Shown here one piece after another: positions 17,250 through 24,692 of a stretch of DNA of 40,245 nucleotides. The DNA comes from Verrucomicrobiota bacterium. Its GTDB lineage: Bacteria; Verrucomicrobiota; Verrucomicrobiia; Limisphaerales; CAIQOK01. Each line of letters starts with the position of its first letter. The stretch's first letter is position 1. The position numbers were made by a program, and so were the translations under genes. Where the stretch lies: NCBI GenBank assembly GCA_025363535.1, contig JANYDP010000304.1:1-40245 (forward strand), in the 5' to 3' direction. Below the pieces are notes generated by a model that made no database searches, was not told where the DNA came from, and was given only the letters and a program-made list of their open reading frames with translations.

Positions 17250-17420
17250 TTACTGGGCCAAGCGACGGAACACGCCACTATACTTTTTCTCTGCCCAATC
17301 GCCAGCCGCTTTGGACTGTTCGAGACCAGCGTAGCGAATACTCCGCGACTTGCCCGGAGACTTGGGGGAAGCTTTCGAGGCGATTTTATCAGGCGTTTCC
17401 TTTGTCGCGGTAGCTTTCAT
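17250..17420 (-). CDS. 56-aa small protein in the antitoxin position upstream of doc (not Phd-like by eye)
   Basis: My own codon-by-codon translation: MKATATKETPDKIASKASPKSPGKSRSIRYAGLEQSKAAGDWAEKKYSGVFRRLAQ*. It ends 5 nt before the doc GTG. It is below the 60-aa cutoff of the ORF track. The N-terminus is Lys/Ser/Pro-rich and the C-terminal part looks helical. Confidence 0.55.
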   Translation of the reverse strand: MKATATKETPDKIASKASPKSPGKSRSIRYAGLEQSKAAGDWAEKKYSGVFRRLAQ

Positions 17421-17429
17421 TTCAGTGGC

Positions 17430-17458
17430 AGTTTACCTCAACATAAAGAAGGTGTAAA
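17430..17458 (-). promoter_or_regulatory. Candidate sigma70-type promoter TTTACA-17 nt-TAAACT for the five-gene operon
   Basis: On the minus strand the -35 TTTACA is at 17458-17453 and the -10 TAAACT at 17435-17430, with a 17-nt spacer. The predicted start site is only a few nt before the ATG at 17420, giving a near-leaderless mRNA. Confidence 0.35.
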
Positions 17459-17545
17459 GCTGGTTAAAGGCCGGTGCTCCTGCTGGTTTCAAAGGCCGCA
17501 GGCCGAATGAAGCGCCCCTTTCAAAAATTTTAGGAGCTTACGTGA

Positions 17546-17782
17546 GGAGGCGTGACGCATTACTACGTGGCGAACATGCCCGGTGCGTATGCGCGCACGG
17601 CGACCCAGGTATTGACGAACGTGACGCAGCGTTACATCGAACTGCTGGCCGACAACGGACTGGCCGAAGCCTGCCGCCTGCAACCCGCGCAGGTCAGCGG
17701 CCTCAACGTGATGGGCGGCAAAGTTACGCACAAGGCCGTCGCCGAGGCGCACGGGATGAAGTGGGAAGCGCCGAAGCTCTGA
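17546..17782 (+). pseudogene. ald: 3' remnant (last ~76 codons) of alanine dehydrogenase
   Basis: THYYVANMPGAYARTATQVLTNVTQRYIELLADNGLAEACRLQPAQVSGLNVMGGKVTHKAVAEAHGMKWEAPKL matches the AlaDH C-terminus (xVANMPGAVPRTSTxALTNxTLPY...GLN...G.VT..AVA...G). An in-frame TGA at 17543-17545 lies immediately upstream. The ~300 N-terminal codons are absent. Confidence 0.8.
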
Positions 17783-17824
17783 AAACTTTTACTAGGAACA
17801 CGGGACAGGAATGTCTCGTGAACC

Positions 17825-17890
17825 CGCAGGCAAAAATGCCTGCGCTACGTCAAAACAAAAAAGCGGCGGAAATTTCTTTCCGCCGCTTTT
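17825..17890. terminator. Two hairpins between the ald remnant and the ilvB 3' end; the second is a bidirectional intrinsic terminator
   Basis: CGCAGGCA-aaaa-TGCCTGCG (17825-17844). AAAAGCGGCGGAAA-tttc-TTTCCGCCGCTTTT (17859-17890) has a 14-bp stem flanked by an A-tract and a T-tract, 17 nt from the ilvB stop at 17907. Confidence 0.8.
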
Positions 17891-17906
17891 GCTTTCCAGA
17901 ATTTGC

Positions 17907-19793
17907 TTACGCCTTCCAGATCATGTCCGCCACGGTTTTGCCGGCTGGAATGAAGGGCAGGACGTGCGTGGAGTAAGGCACCACCACGTCGAGCACGTAG
18001 GGTTCGTCAGCGTCGAGCATCCGCTGGATGGCGGCGCGGAGATCTTTCTTGTACATCACGCGCTCGCATTTCACGTTGAACGAATTGCACACGCGCACGT
18101 AGTCGGGATAAATTTCCGCGCGGTGATCGGGGTCGCCGAGATAGGTGTGGCCGCGATTGCCGGCGAAGAAATTATCCTCCCATTGCACCACCATGCCGAG
18201 ATGCTGGTTGTTCAGGATGATCGCCTTCGCGGCTATTTTTTCGATGTGCGCGGTGGCCAGCTCCTGGATGTTCATCAGGAACGAGCCGTCGCCATCAATG
18301 TCAATGACCTGCTTGTCGGGCAGCGCGACCTTCACGCCGAGCGCGGCGGGATAGCCGTAGCCCATCGAGCCGAGGCCGAGGCTGCTGATGTATTGGCGCG
18401 GGTGTTTGTATTTATACCATTGCGCGGCCCACATCTGATGCTGGCCGACGCCGGTGGTGATGTACGCCTCGCCCTTGGTCATTTCGTAAAGCGTCTCGAT
18501 CACCATCTGCTGGAGGATGACTTCGTTCTCCTGGCCCTGGAGATGGTCCACCATGTGGTCGCTGTTGGCGATTTCCGGCGTGATGCGGTAGGCGAACGGC
18601 GCTTTTTCTTTCCACTCGGCGATCTGCGCGAGCCAGGCGGTATGCTTCTTTTGCATCGGCCGTTTCGCGACGAGCTTGTTCAAACGCGTCAACGCGTCCT
18701 TGATGTCGCCGACGATGGGCAGGTGGGCCTTGCGGTTTTTGTTCAGCTCGGACGCGTCAATATCCACATGGACAATCGTGCCGTGCTTGCAAAATTCCTC
18801 GAATTTGCCGGTCACGCGGTCATCGAAGCGCACGCCGAACGCGAGCAGCAAATCCGCGCCGTCCTTCAACTTCGCCATCGGGCCGTTTGGATCTTTGCGG
18901 TAGGCGTATTCGCCGTTGACCGCCCAGTTCGCGGAGGCCGCGCCGTGCATGCCGAGCCAACGCAAGGAGAGCGGATGGGTTTCCGGAAAACCCCCGACGC
19001 CCATGAGGGTGGTCGTCACTGGAATGTTCGTCGCCTCGGCGAATTTTTTCAATTCCGCCGCCGCGCCGCTCGTGATGATGCCGCCGCCGCAGTAAAGCAC
19101 GGGCCGTTCGGCCTTCTCGATCAGCCCCATGATTTCGTTGAGGGCGAGTTCATCCGCCTTGAGATCGGGTTGGGTATAACCGCGCAGACCCTTTTTGATT
19201 TGGTCGAGCGTCGGCCAGACGGGTTGCGTCTTTTGCTGCTGAATATTCTTGGGGAAATCAATCACGACCGGCCCGGGCCGGCCGCTTTGCGCAATGTAGA
19301 AGGCTTCCTTCACGATGCGCGGGATGTCGTTGATGTTCGTGATGAGATAGCTGTGCTTCACGATGGGCAGCGTGACGCCGATGATGTCGGTTTCCTGAAA
19401 CGCGCCGCGACCAATCATCGCCTGGCTCACCTGGCCGGTGATGGCAATGAGCGGGCAGGAATCCATGAAGGCGTCGGCAATGGCGGTGACGAGGTTGGTC
19501 GCGCCGGGGCCGCTGGTGCCCATGCACACGCCGGCTTTGCCGGTGGCGCGGGCGTAACCCTCGGCGGCAAACGAACCGCCCTGCTCATGGCGCGGAAGGA
19601 TGGTGCGGATTTTGGAGTGGGTGAGCGACTGGTGGATTTCCAGGCTCGCGCCGCCGGGGTAGGCGAAAATAACTTCCACGGCCTCGCGTTCAAGCGCGGC
19701 GACGAAGATGTCGCGGCCCAGCATGGCGGCACCGACTTCGGCGCGTTTGGCGGACGGTTTCTTTTTGGCGGCGACTGCGGTTGTTTTGCTCAT
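17907..19793 (-). CDS. ilvB: Acetolactate synthase (AHAS) large catalytic subunit, biosynthetic type
   Basis: The ATG at 19793 gives [57 protein letters not shown].... ThDP motif [18 protein letters not shown]...[12 protein letters not shown]. The ORF-track start at 19892 reads through the upstream hairpin. Confidence 0.93.
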   Translation of the reverse strand: MSKTTAVAAKKKPSAKRAEVGAAMLGRDIFVAALEREAVEVIFAYPGGASLEIHQSLTHSKIRTILPRHEQGGSFAAEGYARATGKAGVCMGTSGPGATNLVTAIADAFMDSCPLIAITGQVSQAMIGRGAFQETDIIGVTLPIVKHSYLITNINDIPRIVKEAFYIAQSGRPGPVVIDFPKNIQQQKTQPVWPTLDQIKKGLRGYTQPDLKADELALNEIMGLIEKAERPVLYCGGGIITSGAAAELKKFAEATNIPVTTTLMGVGGFPETHPLSLRWLGMHGAASANWAVNGEYAYRKDPNGPMAKLKDGADLLLAFGVRFDDRVTGKFEEFCKHGTIVHVDIDASELNKNRKAHLPIVGDIKDALTRLNKLVAKRPMQKKHTAWLAQIAEWKEKAPFAYRITPEIANSDHMVDHLQGQENEVILQQMVIETLYEMTKGEAYITTGVGQHQMWAAQWYKYKHPRQYISSLGLGSMGYGYPAALGVKVALPDKQVIDIDGDGSFLMNIQELATAHIEKIAAKAIILNNQHLGMVVQWEDNFFAGNRGHTYLGDPDHRAEIYPDYVRVCNSFNVKCERVMYKKDLRAAIQRMLDADEPYVLDVVVPYSTHVLPFIPAGKTVADMIWKA

Positions 19794-19827
19794 ACGTTTT
19801 GCTTTCTTATGGCGGCCCGGCGTGGAT

Positions 19828-19860
19828 AATAAAAACCCCACAGCCGTTGTCAGCCGTGGG
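19828..19860 (-). terminator. Intrinsic-terminator-like hairpin in the ilvB leader (candidate attenuator)
   Basis: Minus-strand sense: CCCACGGCTG-acaa-CGGCTGTGGG (10 bp, two G-U pairs) followed by GTTTTTATT, 34 nt upstream of the ilvB ATG. Confidence 0.5.
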
Positions 19861-19878
19861 TGGTTGTCGAAATTTTCC

Positions 19879-19956
19879 TTAACGACAAGCACCGACGGCG
19901 TCGCATCCTACTACGACGGCGACGGCCAGTTTAACTTGTCGAAACGGTGTTAACAC
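19879..19956 (-). CDS. Candidate Val-rich leader peptide of the ilvB attenuator (25 aa)
   Basis: Minus-strand GTG TTA ACA CCG TTT CGA CAA GTT AAA CTG GCC GTC GCC GTC GTA GTA GGA TGC GAC GCC GTC GGT GCT TGT CGT TAA translates to [25 protein letters not shown]. It ends 18 nt before the terminator hairpin. GTG start with no obvious SD sequence. Confidence 0.25.
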   Translation of the reverse strand: MLTPFRQVKLAVAVVVGCDAVGACR

Positions 19957-20051
19957 GCGAAAAATCTAAGCAAACGTTGGAACTAGGGTCAAGCCCGGAT
20001 TCAAGATGACTTTGCATTTCCAATTTCACTGCGCGGCTCTATTCTGCGCGC

Positions 20052-20522
20052 ATGGCGTTGGTTCGCATTTTGGTGGATGGCTACAGCCTGCTGCACAACT
20101 GGCCCGAGCTGGCGCCGGGACAGCCGCGACATTCCGTCGCCGCCCGCGACGAACTGATCCGCCAACTCACGCTTTATCGCGACGCCACCGGCACGCCGGT
20201 CACCATTTTTTTCGACGGTGCAGGCACGGCGCAGGGTCCGTCGGAGCATCATTCCACGCCCGAGGTGGAAATATTGTTTTCCCCGGCGGGCCAAACCGCC
20301 GATGACTTGATTGAACGCGCGGCGTACCGCTTTCAGCCTTACGGCGAAATCCTGGCCGTCACCGACGACCATGCCGAACGGGACACGGTGGTGGGCATGG
20401 GCGGACTGGCGGCAAGTTGTTTCAATTTCATCCAGATGATGGCCGCCGCGCTGGAAACCCAGCAGCACGCACTCCGGCAGCACAACCGCCGGGAACAAAA
20501 TGATTTTAACCGCAGATCGTAG
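20052..20522 (+). CDS. YacP/Rae1-like NYN-domain ribonuclease
   Basis: 156 aa. ILVDGYSLLHNWPEL...VTIFFDG...EILFSPAGQTADDLIERAA...ILAVTDDHAERD parallels B. subtilis YacP (LLVDGYNMIGAWPQL...VIVVFDA...EVIFTKENETADERIEKLA...VATSDYTEQ). Confidence 0.8.
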   Translation: MALVRILVDGYSLLHNWPELAPGQPRHSVAARDELIRQLTLYRDATGTPVTIFFDGAGTAQGPSEHHSTPEVEILFSPAGQTADDLIERAAYRFQPYGEILAVTDDHAERDTVVGMGGLAASCFNFIQMMAAALETQQHALRQHNRREQNDFNRRS

Positions 20523-20531
20523 CGCATCGGA

Positions 20532-21785
20532 ATGAACACCAGTTTTTTTCAAAACCTTGCGGGCGTAGCGGCGTCTCGGCAGAGCGCCGCAGTTTTGCCC
20601 CGGCAAATGCCAGTGGGCGGCGCTCTGTCGAGACGCCGCGACGAATTTTTGGAACCGCCGCCTCTGCCAGAACTTTTCACCCGCGCGGCGTGCCGCCGTT
20701 TTTTTCAAATTGTCTGCCTGCTGCTGGGCGTGCTGGCCGTCCAAAATGTTTTTTCCCAGGCCGCGCCACAACCGGTTCGTCCGGCCAACCGCTGGCTGCT
20801 CATCCTCGAAACCTCGCGCGCCATGCAGCCGCGCGCCGAGGCCATCGCGCAAATCGCCGGCAACCTCGTGCTTTCCGGCATGAGCGGCCAGATGCGCCCT
20901 GGCGACACCCTTGGCCTTTGGACATTCAACAGTGATCTGCACACGGGCACTTTTCCGCTCCAGACCGTGACGGCCGACAATACCAAGACCATCGCTGAAC
21001 GGGTGGCGTTGTTTGTCGCGCAGCAAAAATTTGAAGGGAGGCCTGGCCGCGACAAGGTGTTTCCGCTGATGAACACGGTCATCAGCAACTCCGAGTTCAT
21101 CACGGTAATTTTCATTTCCGGCGGCGGCGAAACTTTCAGCGGCGCGCCGTTCGACAGGGCCATCAACGCGATTCACAAACAATGGCAGAGCGAGCAGGAC
21201 AAGGCGCGGCAGCCATTTCTGACCATGCTGCGTGCCCAGCACGGACGCATCACCGACTTCGAGGTCGGCCGGCCGCCGGGGCCGCTGAACCTGCCGCCGC
21301 TGCCGCCGGAGTTGCTGATGCCTGATCCGGTCGCGGAAAAACCCGTTCCGTCTAAACCCGCCGAGGTGGTGCCCGTGCCGGTGGTGCCAAACCTCATTGT
21401 TCATGGGCGGAAACCGGAGCCGCCAGTGGAAAGTGTTTCCAACGTTCCGTCGGTGATTTCCGAAAGAATGATCCCCGTGCCGCCACCGGGGGTTCCAACC
21501 TATGCTGCGGTCGAGACTAAAACCAATTCGCCGGTGGCGGTCGTGGGGACGACACCGAAGGCCCCGGCAGATTTCTCCGGGACGAATGTCAGCGCGCCGG
21601 TGGCCACGAATGAGAGTGGTGCCATCCCTGCGACAAAAACGGCCGCGGAGGGGAGGCGTTTCTGGCTGGCTGGAGCGGTCGTGGCGCTGGTCGCAACGGG
21701 GTTGGGGTTTTGGCTGCTCCACCGCTCGCGTTCGCAACCGCGCGTCAGCCTCATCACCCGCTCGCTGGATCGTGACGCCAAATAA
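20532..21785 (+). CDS. Hypothetical membrane-anchored protein: N-terminal signal/TM, vWA-like segment without a clear MIDAS motif, Pro-rich linker, C-terminal TM
   Basis: 417 aa. FFQIVCLLLGVLAVQNVFSQA is hydrophobic. WLLILETSRAM...GDTLGLWTFNSDLH...ITVIFISGGGE is reminiscent of a vWA fold. Pro-rich region PPGPLNLPPLPPELLMPDP. C-terminal TM FWLAGAVVALVATGLGFWLL. Confidence 0.55.
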   Translation: MNTSFFQNLAGVAASRQSAAVLPRQMPVGGALSRRRDEFLEPPPLPELFTRAACRRFFQIVCLLLGVLAVQNVFSQAAPQPVRPANRWLLILETSRAMQPRAEAIAQIAGNLVLSGMSGQMRPGDTLGLWTFNSDLHTGTFPLQTVTADNTKTIAERVALFVAQQKFEGRPGRDKVFPLMNTVISNSEFITVIFISGGGETFSGAPFDRAINAIHKQWQSEQDKARQPFLTMLRAQHGRITDFEVGRPPGPLNLPPLPPELLMPDPVAEKPVPSKPAEVVPVPVVPNLIVHGRKPEPPVESVSNVPSVISERMIPVPPPGVPTYAAVETKTNSPVAVVGTTPKAPADFSGTNVSAPVATNESGAIPATKTAAEGRRFWLAGAVVALVATGLGFWLLHRSRSQPRVSLITRSLDRDAK

Positions 21786-21796
21786 GCGGCGCGTCT

Positions 21797-23392
21797 TCAA
21801 CCGATCCGGAACCAGCAGGTTTTCAAATAGGCCGGCTCGGCGCGGGACACCGGAAAGTCAGGCGGCTGCGGAACGTAATGGCGCTGGAGAATTTTCCGGC
21901 GCGCGGCCCGGGCGGCATCTTCAACGCTGGCCAGAAAACTTTCCGGCTCCCAGTCCGCCGCATTGGTGGAGGCGAGCAGGACTCCGCCGGATTTGAGCAG
22001 CGGCAGCGTGGCGGTGACAAGCTTTCCAAAATCTTTCTCCACGCGGAACGCACCGTGTTCCTTCGACTGTGAGAACGTGGGCGGATCCAGGACGATGGCA
22101 TCGAACGCGCGCGATTTTTTGGCGAGGCGGCGCAGCCAGTCGAACGCGTCACCGAAAATAAAATCGTGCGCGGCGGGATCAAGTCCGTTCAAGGCAAAAT
22201 TCCGGCGACCCCATTCGAGATATTTTTTCGAGAGATCGAGGCTCGTGACGCGCGCCCCGGCTTTCGCGGCGCAGACGGAGAAGCCACAGGTGTAGGCGAA
22301 GGTGTTGAGTACTTCGAGTTTCGAATTCTGAAGTGGAAAGTCCGCCGCGATGTGGCCGGTGAGGAAGCGCCGCCGGTTGTCGTGCTGATCGAGGAACAAG
22401 CCGACGGAGTAGCCTTCCTGAAAACTCAGTTCGAAGCGGATGCTGTTTTCGTGAATTTCAAACCGCTCAGGTGCGGTTTCGCCGAGAATGTGTTGCGGTG
22501 AAGTTTCACCGGGCGTGGTGCGGCGCACCTGCCGGTTGAGAATCTTGTGGTAAGCGCCGCGCGCGGAAACCTGTTGAGCCAGACGAGCCAGTTCCGCTTG
22601 CTGGGGTTGGGTTAATTCACTTTCGCTTTGGGACAGCAACCAGTCGCCGAGGCGCTCAACAAACCAGCCGGGCCAGCCGTCGCTGGCGCCGTGGATGAGG
22701 CGGCCGACGTTCGTGGCCGGCGCGTCAATCACCGCGGCACGCAGGGCCAGGCGCGCGTCGGCGGCAAAATCGGCGGGCGCGCGGAAGGTCACGAGCTTGT
22801 CGCTGGCGGGATGGCGCACGGTGATTTCCGCCGCGTGCAGGCAGACGCGCGGGAACGGTGAACCGCCGTAAAGCGTGTCGCCAAGAATCGGGAAACCGTG
22901 GTCGGCGGCGTGGACGCGGATTTGGTGGGTGCGGCCGGTGAGCGGTTCGGCTTCGACAAAGGTGGAATTCGGAATTTTGGATTTGAGATTGGCGTTGCGG
23001 AAAATCGTCTCCGCTGCTTCGCCGGTCGCGCCGCTGATGTAGCGTTCGCCGAGGCGGGTGATTTTGGAATTGGCGGTGAACTCGGTTTGCTTCAGTCCGT
23101 GCTCCGTCAGCAGCAGATATTTTTTGCGGACGTCGCGGCGGGTGAACTGTTCGGTGAGGGAGCGGTTGGCCTGCGGAGTTTTTCCAAAGACAAGGACGCC
23201 GCTCGTCTCTTTGTCGAGGCGGTGGATGATGGCGAGCTTTGCCCAGCGCGCTTCGCGGTGTCGCAGCCAGTCATACAAACCTTCCCCGGCAAACGGCGCG
23301 GGGGCGTGCGTGTTCAAGCCGGCGGGCTTGTTGACCACCAGCAGGTGCTCGTCTTCGTGCAGCACGCACGGGGCGGGAGAAATTTGCGACAT
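21797..23392 (-). CDS. Fusion protein: RluA-family pseudouridine synthase (N-terminal) plus RlmI/RlmK-type SAM-dependent rRNA methyltransferase (C-terminal)
   Basis: LLVVNKPAGLNTH, HRLDKETSGVLVFGKT (catalytic Asp) and HQIRVHAA mark the Psi synthase. VLNTFAYTCGFSVCAAKAGA...TSLDLSKKYLEWGRRNFALNGL...DAIVLDPPTFSQSK marks a class-I methyltransferase with the DPPxF motif. Start taken at ATG 23392; the ORF track extends to 23455. Confidence 0.85.
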   Translation of the reverse strand: MSQISPAPCVLHEDEHLLVVNKPAGLNTHAPAPFAGEGLYDWLRHREARWAKLAIIHRLDKETSGVLVFGKTPQANRSLTEQFTRRDVRKKYLLLTEHGLKQTEFTANSKITRLGERYISGATGEAAETIFRNANLKSKIPNSTFVEAEPLTGRTHQIRVHAADHGFPILGDTLYGGSPFPRVCLHAAEITVRHPASDKLVTFRAPADFAADARLALRAAVIDAPATNVGRLIHGASDGWPGWFVERLGDWLLSQSESELTQPQQAELARLAQQVSARGAYHKILNRQVRRTTPGETSPQHILGETAPERFEIHENSIRFELSFQEGYSVGLFLDQHDNRRRFLTGHIAADFPLQNSKLEVLNTFAYTCGFSVCAAKAGARVTSLDLSKKYLEWGRRNFALNGLDPAAHDFIFGDAFDWLRRLAKKSRAFDAIVLDPPTFSQSKEHGAFRVEKDFGKLVTATLPLLKSGGVLLASTNAADWEPESFLASVEDAARAARRKILQRHYVPQPPDFPVSRAEPAYLKTCWFRIG

Positions 23393-23439
23393 GGCCGATA
23401 TGCTATTGATTCGTCCGGTTGATGGAACGTGGAAGCCGG

Positions 23440-24264
23440 TCAGAAAAATTTCCAATCACCTTTCCACACAACCCAGACGCCGAGCAGAAAATTGGTGATC
23501 GCATGAGCGGTCATCGCGTCACCCAAGCGGTTTTTGCGGATCACCAGCCAGTGGTACGCGAAACCGCAGAGAATGCCGGCGAGCCATTGCTGATGCTGAA
23601 CGCCGAAGATGATCGCGATGACAAGAAAGGACGTGGGGTGAAAGCGGTTTAATGGCATTTCCAGAAAATTGGTCCGCACGAAATAGCGGTAGAGGAACGA
23701 ACGGTAAAAAACTTCTTCAAGCGGCGGAACGATGACGGTCATTCCAAAAATACGTACAATAGCAAGCAGCCATGCGGTCGAGGAATTCTCACCGAACTCC
23801 GTGAACGGATTCCAGAACGGGCTGGTCACTTTTGCCTGCGGATAAAAAGGATCGAGAAAAACCCACATGAAAAAAATGCCAATGCCGACGGCTATTGCTT
23901 CCCAACTGATCACCCAGCGCATTTCCGGCACGAACGCGCGCGTTTCCCAGACGAGCCACGCACCGACAAAGATTTTCGCAGAGTAAAGCCAGAAACGGGT
24001 CGATTCACCTAGCAAAGCGGGAGCAGAAAAAATAACAACACCAATGATGAGCGCATTCAAATCAATTGCCCATTTCAATTCTGGAACAAACGAGCGCATT
24101 TCCCAAACAAAGAAGGCACCTGCAAAAACTTTCGCGAAATAAACCCAAAGTTTCGAGGTGTGGGCATCTAGACCCGCTGCGGTTGTAATAAGAAGAAAAA
24201 CGACAAGCGGCGCGACGCGGGCGTAGATGGGCGAGGTTTTGGATTTCTCCCTGAAATAGGTCAT
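23440..24264 (-). CDS. CPBP-family (CAAX-type) intramembrane glutamic protease with a duplicated N-terminal TM module
   Basis: Motifs PPLEEVFYRSFLYRYF (EExxxR), FGVQHQQW (FxxxH) and HAITNFLLG (HxxxN). The start is uncertain: ATG 24264 (MTYFREKSK) or 24333, the latter overlapping ptsH by 14 nt. Confidence 0.8.
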   Translation of the reverse strand: MTYFREKSKTSPIYARVAPLVVFLLITTAAGLDAHTSKLWVYFAKVFAGAFFVWEMRSFVPELKWAIDLNALIIGVVIFSAPALLGESTRFWLYSAKIFVGAWLVWETRAFVPEMRWVISWEAIAVGIGIFFMWVFLDPFYPQAKVTSPFWNPFTEFGENSSTAWLLAIVRIFGMTVIVPPLEEVFYRSFLYRYFVRTNFLEMPLNRFHPTSFLVIAIIFGVQHQQWLAGILCGFAYHWLVIRKNRLGDAMTAHAITNFLLGVWVVWKGDWKFF

Positions 24265-24319
24265 CGCGCAAATGTTCCGAAACTTCGGGTAAACGCCAAG
24301 GAAATTATTTTGCCGGCGT

Positions 24320-24619
24320 TTACTCCTCGTCAAACTTGCGTTTGATGAGGGATTCGATTTCAGCCAGCGCGCTGGAAGCGTCCGGGCCGATGGCCGAGAT
24401 GGTCAGTTTGCTGCCCGGGCCGGCGGCGAGCATCATCAAACCCATGATGCTTTTGCCGTTCACTTTTTCACCGTCCTTCTCGACGAAGACATCGCACTGA
24501 AAACGGTTGGCGGTTTTGACGAAGAGCGCGGCGGGCCGGGCGTGAATGCCCAGTTTGTTCGAGACGTGAAAGTCCCGGACAAGGCTGGCATCGTCGGCTG
24601 GCAGTTTTTTGGCGCTCAT
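24320..24619 (-). CDS. ptsH: Phosphocarrier protein HPr
   Basis: 99 aa. NKLGIHARPAALFV (His-15 site) and VNGKSIMGLMMLAAG (Ser-46 site). Confidence 0.92.
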   Translation of the reverse strand: MSAKKLPADDASLVRDFHVSNKLGIHARPAALFVKTANRFQCDVFVEKDGEKVNGKSIMGLMMLAAGPGSKLTISAIGPDASSALAEIESLIKRKFDEE

Positions 24620-24692
24620 CTGGCTGGCTGGATAGTTAACCCAGTTGTGTCATTTAATCCACGCAATTTTTCTGAAGCGCAGCGGCGGCGGG

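Larger units (their letters stand above)
15277..17545. other. Low-GC islet (about 42-55% GC in hand-counted 60-nt lines, versus ~60% in flanks)
   Basis: Hand counts per 60 nt: 15301 = 52%, 15541 = 47%, 15781 = 35%, 16141 = 42%, 16741 = 55%. Line 14401 in the adjacent exonuclease gene is 60%. The right edge coincides with the truncated ald remnant. Confidence 0.55.

Noticed and set aside
13597-17545. Integrase, transposase, tRNA or flanking direct repeats that would define the low-GC cassette as a classical mobile element
   Set aside because: None found by eye on either strand, so the region is described as an islet or insertion scar rather than annotated as a mobile element.
17811-19829. 672-aa plus-strand ORF antisense to ilvB
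   Set aside because: Shadow ORF. The minus strand encodes a full-length AHAS large subunit with a ThDP motif.
20001-21800. 599-aa minus-strand ORF spanning the NYN and vWA-like genes
   Set aside because: Arg-rich composition with no domains. It overlaps two better-supported plus-strand genes, one of which has clear YacP/Rae1 similarity.
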